Virus record (IMG/VR): IMGVR_UViG_3300033232_000039
Coordinates: 10,277 to 74,276 of that record
From: a virus
Strand: one strand, 5' to 3'
DNA: 64,000 nucleotides
Made by a program: the position numbers and the translations under genes. Shown piece after piece: positions 47,101-55,565 of the stretch (positions within the stretch are counted from its first letter, which is position 1; each line of letters starts with the position of its first letter). The notes under the pieces are model-generated. The model was not told the origin of the DNA. It ran no database searches and saw nothing but the letters and a program-made list of their open reading frames with translations.

Positions 47101-48988
47101 TGGTAACAATGCTACCCTCATGATTCATGGCTACACAATGGACATGATCAATAGCGCAACAGATATCCAAACCGTGAATGAAGAAGACGGCAAGGAGCTA
47201 ATGAATCTTGGTTACAAGAAGAAAGGCCGTGTTGGCTTAGACCCTGCAGACCCAGATCGAGAAACAAAGCATGTTTATGTCATGCGGGATGGTGGTAGAA
47301 CACGCAGAGTTTCAGGAGCCTTTTCATTTACAAGTAAAAATTCCCGAGGTTCAGAAAAGCACAATGGCTATCTGAACCCCTACACCGTAGATGGATTGGA
47401 AAACGTACAACAAAATGCAGCCATTGCACAGCAACGACAAGCAGAAATTGCAAGCATGTTTGTAGCAGGCCCACGAGAAGACTTGTCTAAAGCTAAAGGC
47501 AATCACATGGTGCCTGTCCTGAATGAGTCAGGTAAGATTGTTAAATGGCGTTATTTGATGGCAGATATCACCAAGGACATTTATCTTGAACGGGATAATC
47601 GTTTTGATAAGGTATTGGGTACCCTGGCGGGATCAATTTACGATAAGCAATCCAGTAGAGTACAAAACGAACAAATCGTAATGGCTTTAAAAGAGCAAGC
47701 TAATATAGATTACAAGAATCGTCCAGCTTCGTATGTATCAATTGGCCCTAAAAGCCCTGATACCAAGATGCGTGAAATATGGGATCTATTACCACAAGAC
47801 ACAAAAGAGGATACTCGTAAAATCTGGGGTAGTGATGAAATGCTTGTGTCTAAAGATGCTTTGGATTTGCTGTTTGGCTACCGTAAACTATCCTTAGCAG
47901 ATATGTATCATAAAGATCCTGCAACAAGAAATATGATTGAAAAAATCATTATGCATGTCTTAGACTTCAACTTAGAAGTTTATGGCCGTATCCGGCATGG
48001 TTTGTCTCGTAAAGAAGCAAAAGATTACTCCAAACGTGCTGCTATTGCCATTACTCGTTCAGAACGTGCCTGGCAAGAACTTGTGTCTGAAACTAAAGAT
48101 ATTATTGTAGTGAAGTCGGGTCTGGTGATGTTTGGTAATATTTACAGCAACATGTCTTTGCTTTATGCAAATGGTGTGCCTATAAAAGATATATACCATC
48201 ATCACATCATTGCGTGGCGTGGTGCCAAAGCTTATGACATAGATTCAGCTAAACTGATGGAGCTTGAGATGACCTTGGCAACCAGTAGTCAAGTAAAAGT
48301 CATTGCTGATACTCAGAGACAAATAAAAATTGTTAAGGATGCTATAGCACGCAATCCAGTCAAAGAATTGATGGATGCTGGTTTGATGCCTACTATTGTG
48401 GAAGACCTAAACCCAGAAGATGATCTGTACTCTTATAAAAGTGCATTAGCTCGTAAATTTGAGAAGTACACCAGTAAGCTACCTACTTCTGTGATAAAGA
48501 CAGGTAAGTTTCTATATATGTCTCATGATAGTAAGCTATACCAGGGTTTGCGGGATGTTACCCAGCTATCCGATTTTGTTGCACGATATACACTGTATCA
48601 ACACCTAACCAATAAGAAAAACTCAATTACTAAGGCAGAAGCCATTCAGAAAGCAAGTGATAGCTTCATTAACTACGACATACCAATGCATCGTACTTTA
48701 CAGTACAGTGATGATATGGGCTTTACCATGTTTACCAAGTATTTCCTAGGTATTCAACGCGTGCTTGGTACATTGTTCCGTGAACATCCCGGACGTGTGC
48801 TGTCTATGATTGGTCTGGATCAAGTAATGAATATGGGTGCACTTGTCTTAGATGGTTCAGCATTGACTCGAATTGGTAATATCCCCTTTACAGAAGGTGC
48901 CTTCCGCTATCCATCTACGCTAGGTCAGTTAGCTACAGTAAATTCATCTGTTGGATTGATGAATATGCTTACTCCTATAGGTAACTAA
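38105..48988 (+). CDS. Virion-encapsidated RNA polymerase (N4 gp50-like vRNAP)
   Basis: 3,627 aa; no Cys seen; motif A EVDGVANG (D1584), motif B RNLVKDALNPLGFGS (K1690), motif C IHDA (D1958). Confidence 0.96.
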   Translation: MTTEYQDYFAARIDPANAYWNPLSGNQKFADLQQASKDKANELRLMASQREAAIKAQQAEPDSLVEMVGLDPEGVTGGAVNLAARGLAGFSKNIIGQIAAAPTALSAATYAGQFDDKFTEAYKRHVNKQATPEDTAYLNQKGTNSNPEDMTRLEAFGNYTQRSDNAQMIRKLFDINYLTYKGNTDKLDEQIGAGFDKPWEQMKSGWSALTKGQGTDAGLKDITVGFAELLYNGAEAAVDNPMATTEYVVENLPNLLLGASGKAGAALLGATNVGYAADTYQQGLDKYKADNNGAIPSTEVRMSMATHAASLALAEQLGEAITVAKMFPGKVAAKMAGKPAKDIAATSAETAKRVGFKKALLNSAIATSESTAVEAATEGYQTYAEGEILADPASAKDIYKSSVIGGLVGGGLVSATRTPQELLNVSHAPKIAPVDATEEFKTAVTSGNIKSLLDPKSKSYAPGQAVTALYEHSKQAGTSEEVKADNLTQANKIIVDLETRKSAIEASLTPVTSAAVVEMQTQVVDLKKQIADPANTDKVPAMQEMVGLLEEEIAAGITNKPASPALQKELVTLDQQLDEARKSKTLLTQLVTSKVSIDNQIAIINTPVAKDDTKAQATTHAAIASLIALSISTPERLDPKVAIQIANDTKNALQPQQRDYLRAFSDARLAANALESVESVGDMIANGSADGKHMGISTYRRNMAEAVQANNVVMADMDLADLRAFAADHQDKWAVAKEAAKRGKNTVVVKVKDGGWKIASVDDLSNPDLNRNGSFKTNSAEFINKIGTEAAALTATLKELEAVYELTFNQKPGVTDGKDVSKPTARVKASTQSTATPQAKGAGTTGTVPAVSGDGTTGTQSVKPAASNTEKAVSVVNTPKERVQKTEKSIQVAQAAAPIVEDHLTATPDEYEEAVRVSESNNEDDYDSIPDHIAKLVVALRDGVKINVISSRESKGTITTESKTAVGIVATEPKVVGNQISTEETQDTDGNQEVTEVAETGGLTNMAIKSEEGATYITANLLADNFTQRTEKESDTSVMPLVAIKNFYSSFKDNIAGVTAYLANKTMTDAQTAAVTSFFKHVGDWSATIRGNLKAQGNQDYKYTDMMGYLLVTHEDGMPDLDENVKVAIAHAAYSWAAGAVTSPRFLKDSAINALLGRGKDTRVGYVAKSKMRELGTSQNQLVESLGGVVLASLGLKAKPDASQEQAAKLQMALGSHVLKLLEDTNMVRRTSLSDLDMRNFREEGLSDTQIIAINKKLGVKPLTTDTQRTSAKRAMNVFFSLRRDGEGNLTPTVQNIFDAVKGTQGILNKIFQTESSISIPSLKPITTVQSTTAGTNQNVPSVLKKSILIAQSRPRRVDTVKLALLDTFSEAEQHAMIGVEEESNDLVHKVNRHTVEAKNAGLIRDYNNFLEYVGEYLATGPMGMATEFFLKYSPWKMQRVGIETRAVNPQTSKTVRFLINSPKWESKIKSDDAKLMNSFYLRVAEGISMKTERADNQVSIDLVMQAMTEPVYAKAIAALRKSIIDKAELTSEEKANVLAGVKAGGANLHTLDVLVGMAYQQNAETKAEGQVYEFTVNMMGEVDGVANGTMLNHVLLGAGSSLKALQSFMNMGGFFEKGSPFSQYNQYRGTEGNLDVYETTARRIYTAMTAWSSNSTENAGTANSIWAIAGDIFDKTKGTVTKDGRNLVKDALNPLGFGSSLENIVNGMSDAFLASVYKGIEKMSKQGDRVSQAEVNAYVANINNLISEKNQIPTDMTITQLMEYTIPSRAESDIKTTFSNTVGKQVIAVVEQDFAIFIERRDALTKTSQITFDLYNAVYTGMREAYLEELISAKEIPLNAKGERIGDMSKKHEAEFAKRIKNIAPVINTHMSNQDNDTDSGMFMGKSVKSVSTDTVYQNSTKFGKALKTGAASMMVRGYMNKLMSPGVAMMSATTHSTDSSIVNKTQEDLDILAIHDAAGSGVANLDETATAMNRNTWDSLLNYSPLGEVYLSLSRVMSGIDTMMTEETLSPQALANLQEWARNQARVMQSKPEMVFTTLLGNALAAANEANNMKYQFMAALASLDQYAYQGGNHIVTDANIKDAQKLLDAGPIVLSEQESAVLSRLSEFSKAKHKQTKITQVAQVEAEEETVNEAIDDSYDEMGMPPEMDDSWDLGDNYGTPTKPQFGGIGASIHGVKNDKTLIAALAAKPVMPAKEALKLAYASLATSVKDPVMRKFYQALITRMTPLLSPETRVHYVTQNTPEEILQNLPDVVGLAAWYDTGLDDVFVVGAEYKASLIDGETIVHELLHSILSHIISAEQEKQKGNPKYKSPALDMINNLESLRTAANEYAQNNLTEKEQQDFAPGLSDLHELLSYGLTNEAFQQKVLSKVQVKSSTLVNTIITGLKEFYDVITQMVFSGIPKEQIAGYSSGMAVLLESSAGLFDALQNNPKENKAKQLLLPMIPSSPLAKVNEYSTLDIYNALSDGGISKDFDNHLQTVLSTITSKLFGAFDSFKATLLEQQALSPTDVWVKALDTGIAPFASEALLSGFDINKQEAFGIEMIEATVRASLEDNEAQSKLTYRELSKLYDETYTRLKVSDFHTDPVKAQSLYDFIFKIETGTENSRLDYLARFAAMGLAHEGFNKMLKVATKIDDFGLDKDITITDRLYKLFENIVEFFHNKVTGTYKGQQADAKLKALVGLLIDVEAKKRFEIAQKANSKSIFDPLENGIKLAVEKMKATVLAVTDSNIVSKSSNKTVRALGSMTKSVVNDQVGLMMEGILNLRDIHHKDEYGLIAGTLNNLKGPLASFQTLLRASKKNEGDRMDVMTTSAKTVLGMFVNKGTKLSKEAKESITRVFIRTGAHNLVDYFSMAEIEKALTDKAVMSAAQAKLEDELTKFGKLKPYFIAQANALAYVVATGAARKGQIMLNAHNIATLHGTAYTKKITPADSKKAEPIIAALVSLYAMAYSEPSVMALAAKTLNAENARQDGSNGVEFAMKLHRHMEAESKDKLFGNNATLMIHGYTMDMINSATDIQTVNEEDGKELMNLGYKKKGRVGLDPADPDRETKHVYVMRDGGRTRRVSGAFSFTSKNSRGSEKHNGYLNPYTVDGLENVQQNAAIAQQRQAEIASMFVAGPREDLSKAKGNHMVPVLNESGKIVKWRYLMADITKDIYLERDNRFDKVLGTLAGSIYDKQSSRVQNEQIVMALKEQANIDYKNRPASYVSIGPKSPDTKMREIWDLLPQDTKEDTRKIWGSDEMLVSKDALDLLFGYRKLSLADMYHKDPATRNMIEKIIMHVLDFNLEVYGRIRHGLSRKEAKDYSKRAAIAITRSERAWQELVSETKDIIVVKSGLVMFGNIYSNMSLLYANGVPIKDIYHHHIIAWRGAKAYDIDSAKLMELEMTLATSSQVKVIADTQRQIKIVKDAIARNPVKELMDAGLMPTIVEDLNPEDDLYSYKSALARKFEKYTSKLPTSVIKTGKFLYMSHDSKLYQGLRDVTQLSDFVARYTLYQHLTNKKNSITKAEAIQKASDSFINYDIPMHRTLQYSDDMGFTMFTKYFLGIQRVLGTLFREHPGRVLSMIGLDQVMNMGALVLDGSALTRIGNIPFTEGAFRYPSTLGQLATVNSSVGLMNMLTPIGN

Positions 48989-49019
48989 TCTTTCATTTGG
49001 CTGCTTGAATAACATACAA

Positions 49020-49051
49020 AGGAAAAACACCCCATAATGGGGTGTTTACCT
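49020..49051. terminator. Bidirectional terminator between vRNAP and the convergent minus-strand block
   Basis: AAACACCCC-ataat-GGGGTGTTT. Confidence 0.7.
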
Positions 49052-49052
49052 G

Positions 49053-49253
49053 TTAATTCTTATCATCTTTGGAAGAATCAAAGTAAGTTCTAAGTGCTGA
49101 TGCTGTAAATATTACGGTGCTAACTAATGATAGTAATAGACCTGCCAGAATAGATAAACCAGCAATAATAGCAGCACCAGTCACAAGAACCGTGAGTACC
49201 ACAATGGCAGCAGCTATCCAGCCACTCCACTTTAGGATGCTCAAGGTTTTCAT
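49053..49253 (-). CDS. Small membrane protein
   Basis: 66 aa with a long hydrophobic stretch. Confidence 0.6.
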   Translation of the reverse strand: MKTLSILKWSGWIAAAIVVLTVLVTGAAIIAGLSILAGLLLSLVSTVIFTASALRTYFDSSKDDKN

Positions 49254-49255
49254 GA

Positions 49256-49561
49256 TTAACTAAAGAAGCTGACTTCCGGAGTAGGAATAGGGGGTGTGTT
49301 TACCACAGCCGTATTGATATCCGAATCAACTATAACGCTTGCTTCTTCAGCCAAGTTAAAGGGTTCGTCTATTACAAACTGTTCTGAATCAGTGTAGGAA
49401 TATACAGTATTTGTAATATCAATATCTGCAGATAAGCCTGTACCTTTACGACCAGAAGTGAATGAAATAGCTACATATTTGCTATCTAGGGCAATACCCT
49501 GACAAGCAATGTATTGTTTGATAGCCGACTCAATTTCGGCTTGCTTAAGTTGAATTTGCAT
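49256..49561 (-). CDS. Conserved N4-like hypothetical protein
   Basis: Likely start MQIQLKQAEIESAIKQYI at 49561 with AAGGA RBS. Confidence 0.6.
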   Translation of the reverse strand: MQIQLKQAEIESAIKQYIACQGIALDSKYVAISFTSGRKGTGLSADIDITNTVYSYTDSEQFVIDEPFNLAEEASVIVDSDINTAVVNTPPIPTPEVSFFS

Positions 49562-49571
49562 AATTTTCCTT

Positions 49572-50135
49572 TTACCTAAATATAGGCAACATTTGTTGAA
49601 ATTGATTACTGGCAATGCCAGCATATATTGCACCAAGAGAATCTGCCATGTGTTCTGCCTTGGCTTCACTAACACGAGAGATACCCTTTTGCCTGTACAT
49701 GGGCCAATTGGCTTCAGGATGTTTGTCCATCGCCCACTTGATCATGTTCTGTTTAGTTGCTGTCTTGGAACCATAGCCTGCCATCTTGACTTCTGTAGGC
49801 GTTACTTCAAAGAAGGGAACATCGGTTGCACGTAAGGCACCTAACACACCCACACAGATCCCGTAGGAGGCCATAGCTCTTGCAGACTGACTACCCACAG
49901 GAACTTCTACAAAGATTGCCTGTGCACCCGCTACACCCCTCAGTGTGCCGTCACATAGCTGCTTGGCAGATTCCAGGTCAAGACTATTTTGTCTGACCTG
50001 TTTTCCTGTGGGCAACTCAGGGGTAATGACTGCTAACGCCAAGACTGTCAACGTCTTGGTTTCCGTGTCGTAAATACCGGCAGACATACCCCAATTACGC
50101 AGTGATGGGTCTAACCCAGCTACTTTTATCAGCAT
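49572..50135 (-). CDS. RuvC-like Holliday junction resolvase
   Basis: VAGLDPSLRNWG, IFVEVP, VTPTEVK, HMADSLG RNase H-fold motifs. Confidence 0.82.
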   Translation of the reverse strand: MLIKVAGLDPSLRNWGMSAGIYDTETKTLTVLALAVITPELPTGKQVRQNSLDLESAKQLCDGTLRGVAGAQAIFVEVPVGSQSARAMASYGICVGVLGALRATDVPFFEVTPTEVKMAGYGSKTATKQNMIKWAMDKHPEANWPMYRQKGISRVSEAKAEHMADSLGAIYAGIASNQFQQMLPIFR

Positions 50136-50137
50136 CT

Positions 50138-50437
50138 TTAGTGAGAAGTTGCGTTACGTGCTTCTTCCAGTTCAGCTACAAAAGGTAGCGTACCCAATTC
50201 AGCAAGTGCCAAGGTAATTCCCAGGTCAAAACCTTTACGGAAGTCCCCTGTCATCCTGACAGCCTCAGCGTCACCAATAACAACTTCGGCTGTTTCAGGG
50301 ACTTCAAGCATATGTTTCATACGGCTAATACGGTTAGTATGCCATCGAGATAGCAACTCAATAAACTGGTGCATGTCCGTTACTTCTACTGTATCGAAAC
50401 TGGTTTCGACTTCTGAAAAATCAGTCTGTTGGTTCAT
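50138..50437 (-). CDS. Hypothetical protein
   Basis: 99 aa; ATGA overlap. Confidence 0.6.
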   Translation of the reverse strand: MNQQTDFSEVETSFDTVEVTDMHQFIELLSRWHTNRISRMKHMLEVPETAEVVIGDAEAVRMTGDFRKGFDLGITLALAELGTLPFVAELEEARNATSH

Positions 50438-50823
50438 TGCGTACCTTCATACAGTTTTTGCTTTAGCAGATAGCCCAGCAAAGGCCAGAGTTTCTGCTTG
50501 GCATTTTCATAAGCAATTTTCTGACCAACTTCAATATCAAAATTCTCAGGACTGGCACAGGCAGATTCTCCAGTAACTGTAAAACCATTGCGTAAAACCA
50601 GCACACAGAAAGTCAACAAAGAAAGTGAACCTTCATAGGTGCGGCGTGGACGCATGTTAATGAACTCTTCAGCATTAACACCATCCTCTGCTGTAAAAAA
50701 GTAACATGAAACGATTTCAGAGTTAATGTCTTCTGGCGTAACCCGGGCAGCATCCAAACCCTTGGCTTGAATCAGATGCTCAATGCCTTGATCATCAGTG
50801 CGCGGTGATGTGATGTTATTCAT
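50434..50823 (-). CDS. N4 gp49 / Sf6 gp66 family protein
   Basis: LTFCVLVLRNGFTVTGESACASPENFDIEVGQKIAYENA signature. Confidence 0.8.
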   Translation of the reverse strand: MNNITSPRTDDQGIEHLIQAKGLDAARVTPEDINSEIVSCYFFTAEDGVNAEEFINMRPRRTYEGSLSLLTFCVLVLRNGFTVTGESACASPENFDIEVGQKIAYENAKQKLWPLLGYLLKQKLYEGTQ

Positions 50824-50840
50824 ATATTCCTTTATAAAGA

Positions 50841-50860
50841 ATGCCCCAATGAAGGGGCAT
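50841..50860 (-). terminator. Terminator hairpin after SSB
   Basis: ATGCCCC-aatgaa-GGGGCAT. Confidence 0.55.
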
Positions 50861-50867
50861 CATATGA

Positions 50868-51599
50868 TTAAGCAAACAAACTATTTGCTGGCTTCTTGGT
50901 TCCTGTAGGCATCAGAGGCATACCTGCAACAGCACCACTGGCTGACGCGCCTTTGGCCTTATTGCGAGTCTTGCCTGACCAACGAGTTTCCCACGCCTGA
51001 GCAAAGCTTGCTTCAGGTGCTTGAGCACGAATCTCAGCCGTAGTCATGCGATCTGTTGCACGGAACAGCTTGTCGATCTCGTTTTCATCACGAGTCTCAC
51101 CAGTAGGCATGTAAAAGCCAGCATCATTTTTCTTGGTCTTGTCCACGGTTTGTTTAAGCAAACCAACCAGAATTTCTTGACCCAGGAGATCTGTCAGTAC
51201 TTCCACTTTGGTAGGTACTTCAGCTTTTTGTTCAGGGGAATACACCTTGACTACTTTGGTTTCAGTCTCCATCTGGGAAACTTCTTTACCTAGGGTCAAC
51301 AAGCACAAACCATTGGCATGATTAAAGCCTGGGAGAAAATGCTTTTCACCATCACGTTCATAGTAATTTTTACCGCCTTTTTGAGTGCCAGAGGTCATCC
51401 ACAAAGTTTGACGGACTTCATGCCCATCAGTTGCTTTGAGATTCAAGACCAAGCCTAGTGCACCACTAGCAGCCTTGTTAATGTAAGCCATGTTGACCTT
51501 GCAAGGGTATAGCCCGGATTCAAGGATTGAGGTACCACCTACTGAATCTTTTTCAATTGCAATAGAGGAATCGGTAGCGAGTGCGGAAAGAATTGACAT
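50868..51599 (-). CDS. Single-stranded DNA-binding protein (N4 gp45-like)
   Basis: 243 aa; LESGLYPCKVNMAY, YERDGEKHFLPG, basic/hydrophobic C-terminus KKPANSLFA; synteny. Confidence 0.85.
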   Translation of the reverse strand: MSILSALATDSSIAIEKDSVGGTSILESGLYPCKVNMAYINKAASGALGLVLNLKATDGHEVRQTLWMTSGTQKGGKNYYERDGEKHFLPGFNHANGLCLLTLGKEVSQMETETKVVKVYSPEQKAEVPTKVEVLTDLLGQEILVGLLKQTVDKTKKNDAGFYMPTGETRDENEIDKLFRATDRMTTAEIRAQAPEASFAQAWETRWSGKTRNKAKGASASGAVAGMPLMPTGTKKPANSLFA

Positions 51600-51619
51600 A
51601 GTTAGTCCTTTTGGTTTGG

Positions 51620-52345
51620 TTAAGCGTAATACTCTTTAAGTTTATTGAGTACTAATTGAATGTTATTGTCGATATAAGTTTCCTTGGTATCGAACAATCC
51701 CAGTGGCCCACGAAGACGCTCATTTACAGTGTCTTTTGTGAGCTTACATTGGAATACATATTTGAATCCCAATTCATTTTCTTCAGGAGTAATGTTCAGA
51801 GAGTCCGAACTATACTCTTTCAACGTCTTGAGTTGAACTTTTTTGGATGAAATCACCACAGAAAAGTAAGACTCAATACCATTGTTCTTCAACGAGCCTT
51901 TAACAGGAACTTTCGTTTCCATCAACATCTCGGACTCATTAAGAGTGTCCGATGTATGAGCAGTAAAAATAATAGCTTTGGTAGATTTGGCAACATATTG
52001 TTGCATCAGTACCTTGAAGTACTGTGCAAAATCACCCCATGCTTTCATGCCATTGGTAGATGGCAAGACATAAACAGATTCATACATATCTAGGAGATAT
52101 GTGAGACTATCTATAACAATGGTGTGGATATGTGGTTGTGTCTCAGCCCACTCAAACGCTTCATTAATTTGCAGAGGATCGGTGACTGTTTTTTGAATGA
52201 ACTTGGCTTTGAATGGTAGTCGTTTACCAGCCTCACAATTCAAATAAAGTACCCCTTCTGGATTATCCAGTTGCATCAGTGATGCTGATTTACCCGTGGC
52301 AGATTTACCGCACAGTAATACTAGGTTGTCATTGATTTGACTCAT
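51620..52345 (-). CDS. Sak4-like AAA ATPase (N4 gp44-like)
   Basis: GKSATGKS, YLNCEAGK, VIDSLT, IFTAH, IESYFSVV. Confidence 0.88.
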   Translation of the reverse strand: MSQINDNLVLLCGKSATGKSASLMQLDNPEGVLYLNCEAGKRLPFKAKFIQKTVTDPLQINEAFEWAETQPHIHTIVIDSLTYLLDMYESVYVLPSTNGMKAWGDFAQYFKVLMQQYVAKSTKAIIFTAHTSDTLNESEMLMETKVPVKGSLKNNGIESYFSVVISSKKVQLKTLKEYSSDSLNITPEENELGFKYVFQCKLTKDTVNERLRGPLGLFDTKETYIDNNIQLVLNKLKEYYA

Positions 52346-52392
52346 TGGTTTCCTTTATGGTTATCAAAAGAATGCCCCGGAGGGCATATCTA

Positions 52393-54537
52393 TTAAGGGC
52401 GTTTGCCGATAGCTTTCATGGTAGATACCATTACTGTTGACATTACCTCCATTTCTGAAAGCTTGTCAGGCATCTTGTCATTTAAGCCAAGAACTCTGGA
52501 ACGGATATTCTCGAAGTCAAAGCCTGCATCAACCAGAATCAAGGCATAACGTAACAACATGTTGTTACGGTTACCATCACCTGAGTTATTCAAGACCCAG
52601 CGTTCCAAGTTATCCATAGATTGCTGTGAATCAACGAGAATTTTTCTCTCTTCGTTCTTGCTGGTTTTGGGGATGAAAGGCAAGACATCCAGTACTTCCC
52701 CCTCGTTGTACTCATAGCTGCCATCATGTGACAACCATTTACGGGCACGCTGATTAGTAGCAGTATCCACATCAAACGGTAACCATGAATAAATGTTGCT
52801 CATGAACTCTTTATAGTCCTTGGGATCCATTTCCAATGTATAGTTAATTGGCAGAATGATCCTGAATCGGTTTTCATCTTCAGTATGGCGCTTGGTGGTG
52901 TACATCAAGTACTTGTAGTTCTTGAGTAGCATCTTGGCGGTGCTCATGGCTACGCCACCATCCACGTCAATAACAACCAGATTGAATCCAGGAATGCAAT
53001 TCTCTTCGTTTCTGTATCCACCAGATAAATGGTGTGCTGTCCAGTGGAGTCCTGGTGCTTGGGTCAACTTATGAAGTTTGTCAAAGGGTGCGTACTCATT
53101 TCTGTAGTCCGTGGTTATGTCTGTACTGTAAGCAATGACCATTTTTGTTAGGTCAGTTTCTTTTAGTGTTTCACCACGTAAAAACTCAATACCATCAGAA
53201 AAAGATTTCTTGATGATGATGTTGTTTTTATAACCATAAGCAATAGCCAGTGAAAGCATCTCTGCTTTCTGTGCAGTACCCCCTTTGTAAAAAGGCAAGT
53301 CTTGAACCATGTCAGCTTGGGTAATGTCACGTTTGATTGTGGCAATGTACTTAGCCAACTTGACCCAGTTACTATCACGGGTCAACATACGACCAAAGGC
53401 AGCACCAGATTCTTCAGCCAGTTTAATGGCATAGTACAAATGCTGTTCAGTTAATTCAGGTGAGTCATCAATAAATGCATAAGCACCTGCCAGTTTCAAA
53501 GCCTTGAAGTAACGGTGAGAAATTTCCGCCTTTTTCATTTCGTCATACTGGGTGTAATAGGAGGCTTCCTTTTCACATTTCAGTTTGTACTCAATGAGTA
53601 GCAGACTTGTTTCTTTGCTCATAATGAGCTTCTTGTTGACATTGATGATGTCAGCCAAGTTGCCCAAATGATCAGACAGTTCTTCCATAACAGTAGAACT
53701 ACTTTGATCTGTCAGCAAGTCATAGATTTCTTCTGGTGTACGGGTATTGTCGCCTTGCTGATGCTGGCTATAACCAAAGAAACAGCGCCGTGCATATCCT
53801 GTTTCCAGCAATGCATACAACTCTTCCTCAGTCTTACCACCGTTAAGCAAGCTTGCTGGTGTGCCAAATAACATCATGTTAGATGGTGTCTTACCAACGA
53901 TCTCTTCTTTGCGGGTGTTATCTGCCGTACTCAGCTTGAGCTTGTCTTCAACTAAGCCTACGTCATACAACTCCAGAAAGACACCCAAAGCATCTTTAGC
54001 TTCAGCTAAGTTCAAACCAATCTCATCAATTTGCAGATTAAGTGCACCTGCGTCACACATGAGTAGCTTATGCCGCAATACCTTGACTGCAGGTACGGTA
54101 GCCTGGTTAAAGCTGAACATTAATGGGCCAATGCTTTCAAACTCCTTGGTAACACGGATCAGTTCTTCATCTGGATCCGTGTTCTTGCGATTAGCTCGTT
54201 TAATAGCCAATTTAGGCAAGTTCTGTTCAGCCAGAGTTAAAAAGGTTTCATCCATAAACCGTTGACGGAACTGATTGATCACGTCATGTTTGATAATGTT
54301 AGTGGAGTAACCTTTACCAGAGCCTGATGTACTCAGGTTCAAGGCAAACATGTTAACGGGGATTTCACCCCGATCATGAGTCAAAATCTTACAGCGCATG
54401 GTTGAAGCTACAACACTGAAGTAATAACCCACCAATACTCGAAAGAAAAGCGGATTGTCGTTCTGTACTTTATCGCACAGAATTTTGACCAGTTTCTCCG
54501 AAGTAGGGTGGTAATCCATTTGGTCGAATGAAAGCAT
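52393..54537 (-). CDS. Primase/helicase-like replication protein (N4 gp43-like)
   Basis: 714 aa; STSGSGKG P-loop, IDEIG; C-terminal AEP-like VIDVDG, TTKRH, RFRIILP, GNRNNMLLRYA. Confidence 0.85.
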   Translation of the reverse strand: MLSFDQMDYHPTSEKLVKILCDKVQNDNPLFFRVLVGYYFSVVASTMRCKILTHDRGEIPVNMFALNLSTSGSGKGYSTNIIKHDVINQFRQRFMDETFLTLAEQNLPKLAIKRANRKNTDPDEELIRVTKEFESIGPLMFSFNQATVPAVKVLRHKLLMCDAGALNLQIDEIGLNLAEAKDALGVFLELYDVGLVEDKLKLSTADNTRKEEIVGKTPSNMMLFGTPASLLNGGKTEEELYALLETGYARRCFFGYSQHQQGDNTRTPEEIYDLLTDQSSSTVMEELSDHLGNLADIINVNKKLIMSKETSLLLIEYKLKCEKEASYYTQYDEMKKAEISHRYFKALKLAGAYAFIDDSPELTEQHLYYAIKLAEESGAAFGRMLTRDSNWVKLAKYIATIKRDITQADMVQDLPFYKGGTAQKAEMLSLAIAYGYKNNIIIKKSFSDGIEFLRGETLKETDLTKMVIAYSTDITTDYRNEYAPFDKLHKLTQAPGLHWTAHHLSGGYRNEENCIPGFNLVVIDVDGGVAMSTAKMLLKNYKYLMYTTKRHTEDENRFRIILPINYTLEMDPKDYKEFMSNIYSWLPFDVDTATNQRARKWLSHDGSYEYNEGEVLDVLPFIPKTSKNEERKILVDSQQSMDNLERWVLNNSGDGNRNNMLLRYALILVDAGFDFENIRSRVLGLNDKMPDKLSEMEVMSTVMVSTMKAIGKRP

Positions 54538-54546
54538 ATATTTCCT

Positions 54547-55521
54547 TTAGAGTATTAAATCACCTTGAGCAATCAAAGCATCTTTCTGTGAACAAACCGA
54601 GAACGCATTACAGTATTTGCAAGCAATTACCTGTCCTGGAACTTCTTTGACAATGCCTTTACCCCCTTCTTCTGCAAGACGGATATATGCTTCTTGTTTA
54701 GTAGTAAAGTTTTTGGTACTGCGTGCAGTTTTCTCTGGGTTCTTGTAGTATTTAAAGATTGGATCGCTGCGCCACAGATCTTCGTCGCTGCAATGAGGAA
54801 TACTCGATTCTTCCACACCCATGTAACGGTCAATTTGATCAAGCTTGGATTTAACATAATGGTCAGTGGCAGAAATGGGCATCAACTGCAATACCCGTTG
54901 CTGGATACGTTGTTGCGGGTAGTTTGGTTCAGCCCTTGCTCTGGCTGCAGACCAGTCAGTAAAGATGAACTGAATAGCCATATCATCACGGGTAATGATG
55001 GTTGGGTTCAACCAACGATAAATACTTCCTTGGAGAATGTACTTTTCATCATTAGTATTATTAACTGCGGTATATGTAGTTGTACTCTTAAAGTCTTCTA
55101 CTCGGCCATCACCTACAAAGTCAAACTTACCTGAGACAGTGTGCTTACCCACTTGTTTATATGCACGCTGTTCCAAATAGATAGGAATAGTGTCAGACGA
55201 CAAATCTTCTGGTTTTGGGTTGATACGTACTCGATTAATTACATTCTTGGGATAGCCAAGTAATGCCAGCGCTTTCTCGTGGTTTGTAACCCATGCACGT
55301 TCAATACCATCATGGATGGCTGTACCCATACGCGATGCCACCATATCGACTAAATCAACAGAAGATGCTGAGTTATCAACCCGGCTACTCAAGATAATTT
55401 GGCGTAACGGTTTAATCAGTGAGGTGGCAGAGATGGTCAAATCATCATGATCATAGTGGTCTGTTGCCAGAAACACTGCCATAGACAGGGGTACTGCGTT
55501 GGTATTTGAATAATTATTCAT
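54547..55521 (-). CDS. PD-(D/E)XK exonuclease (N4 gp42-like)
   Basis: SGKFDFV, VEDFKST, QGSIY, C-terminal ACKYCNAFSVC. Confidence 0.82.
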   Translation of the reverse strand: MNNYSNTNAVPLSMAVFLATDHYDHDDLTISATSLIKPLRQIILSSRVDNSASSVDLVDMVASRMGTAIHDGIERAWVTNHEKALALLGYPKNVINRVRINPKPEDLSSDTIPIYLEQRAYKQVGKHTVSGKFDFVGDGRVEDFKSTTTYTAVNNTNDEKYILQGSIYRWLNPTIITRDDMAIQFIFTDWSAARARAEPNYPQQRIQQRVLQLMPISATDHYVKSKLDQIDRYMGVEESSIPHCSDEDLWRSDPIFKYYKNPEKTARSTKNFTTKQEAYIRLAEEGGKGIVKEVPGQVIACKYCNAFSVCSQKDALIAQGDLIL

Positions 55522-55565
55522 ATAGATATCTTTGTGTTAAGTTCGTATAAGCGCAAGGATTGCGC

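Noticed and set aside
38182-47170. Numerous 60-150-aa minus-strand ORFs inside vRNAP
   Set aside because: Expected antisense ORFs caused by codon bias in a very long gene; no recognisable domains
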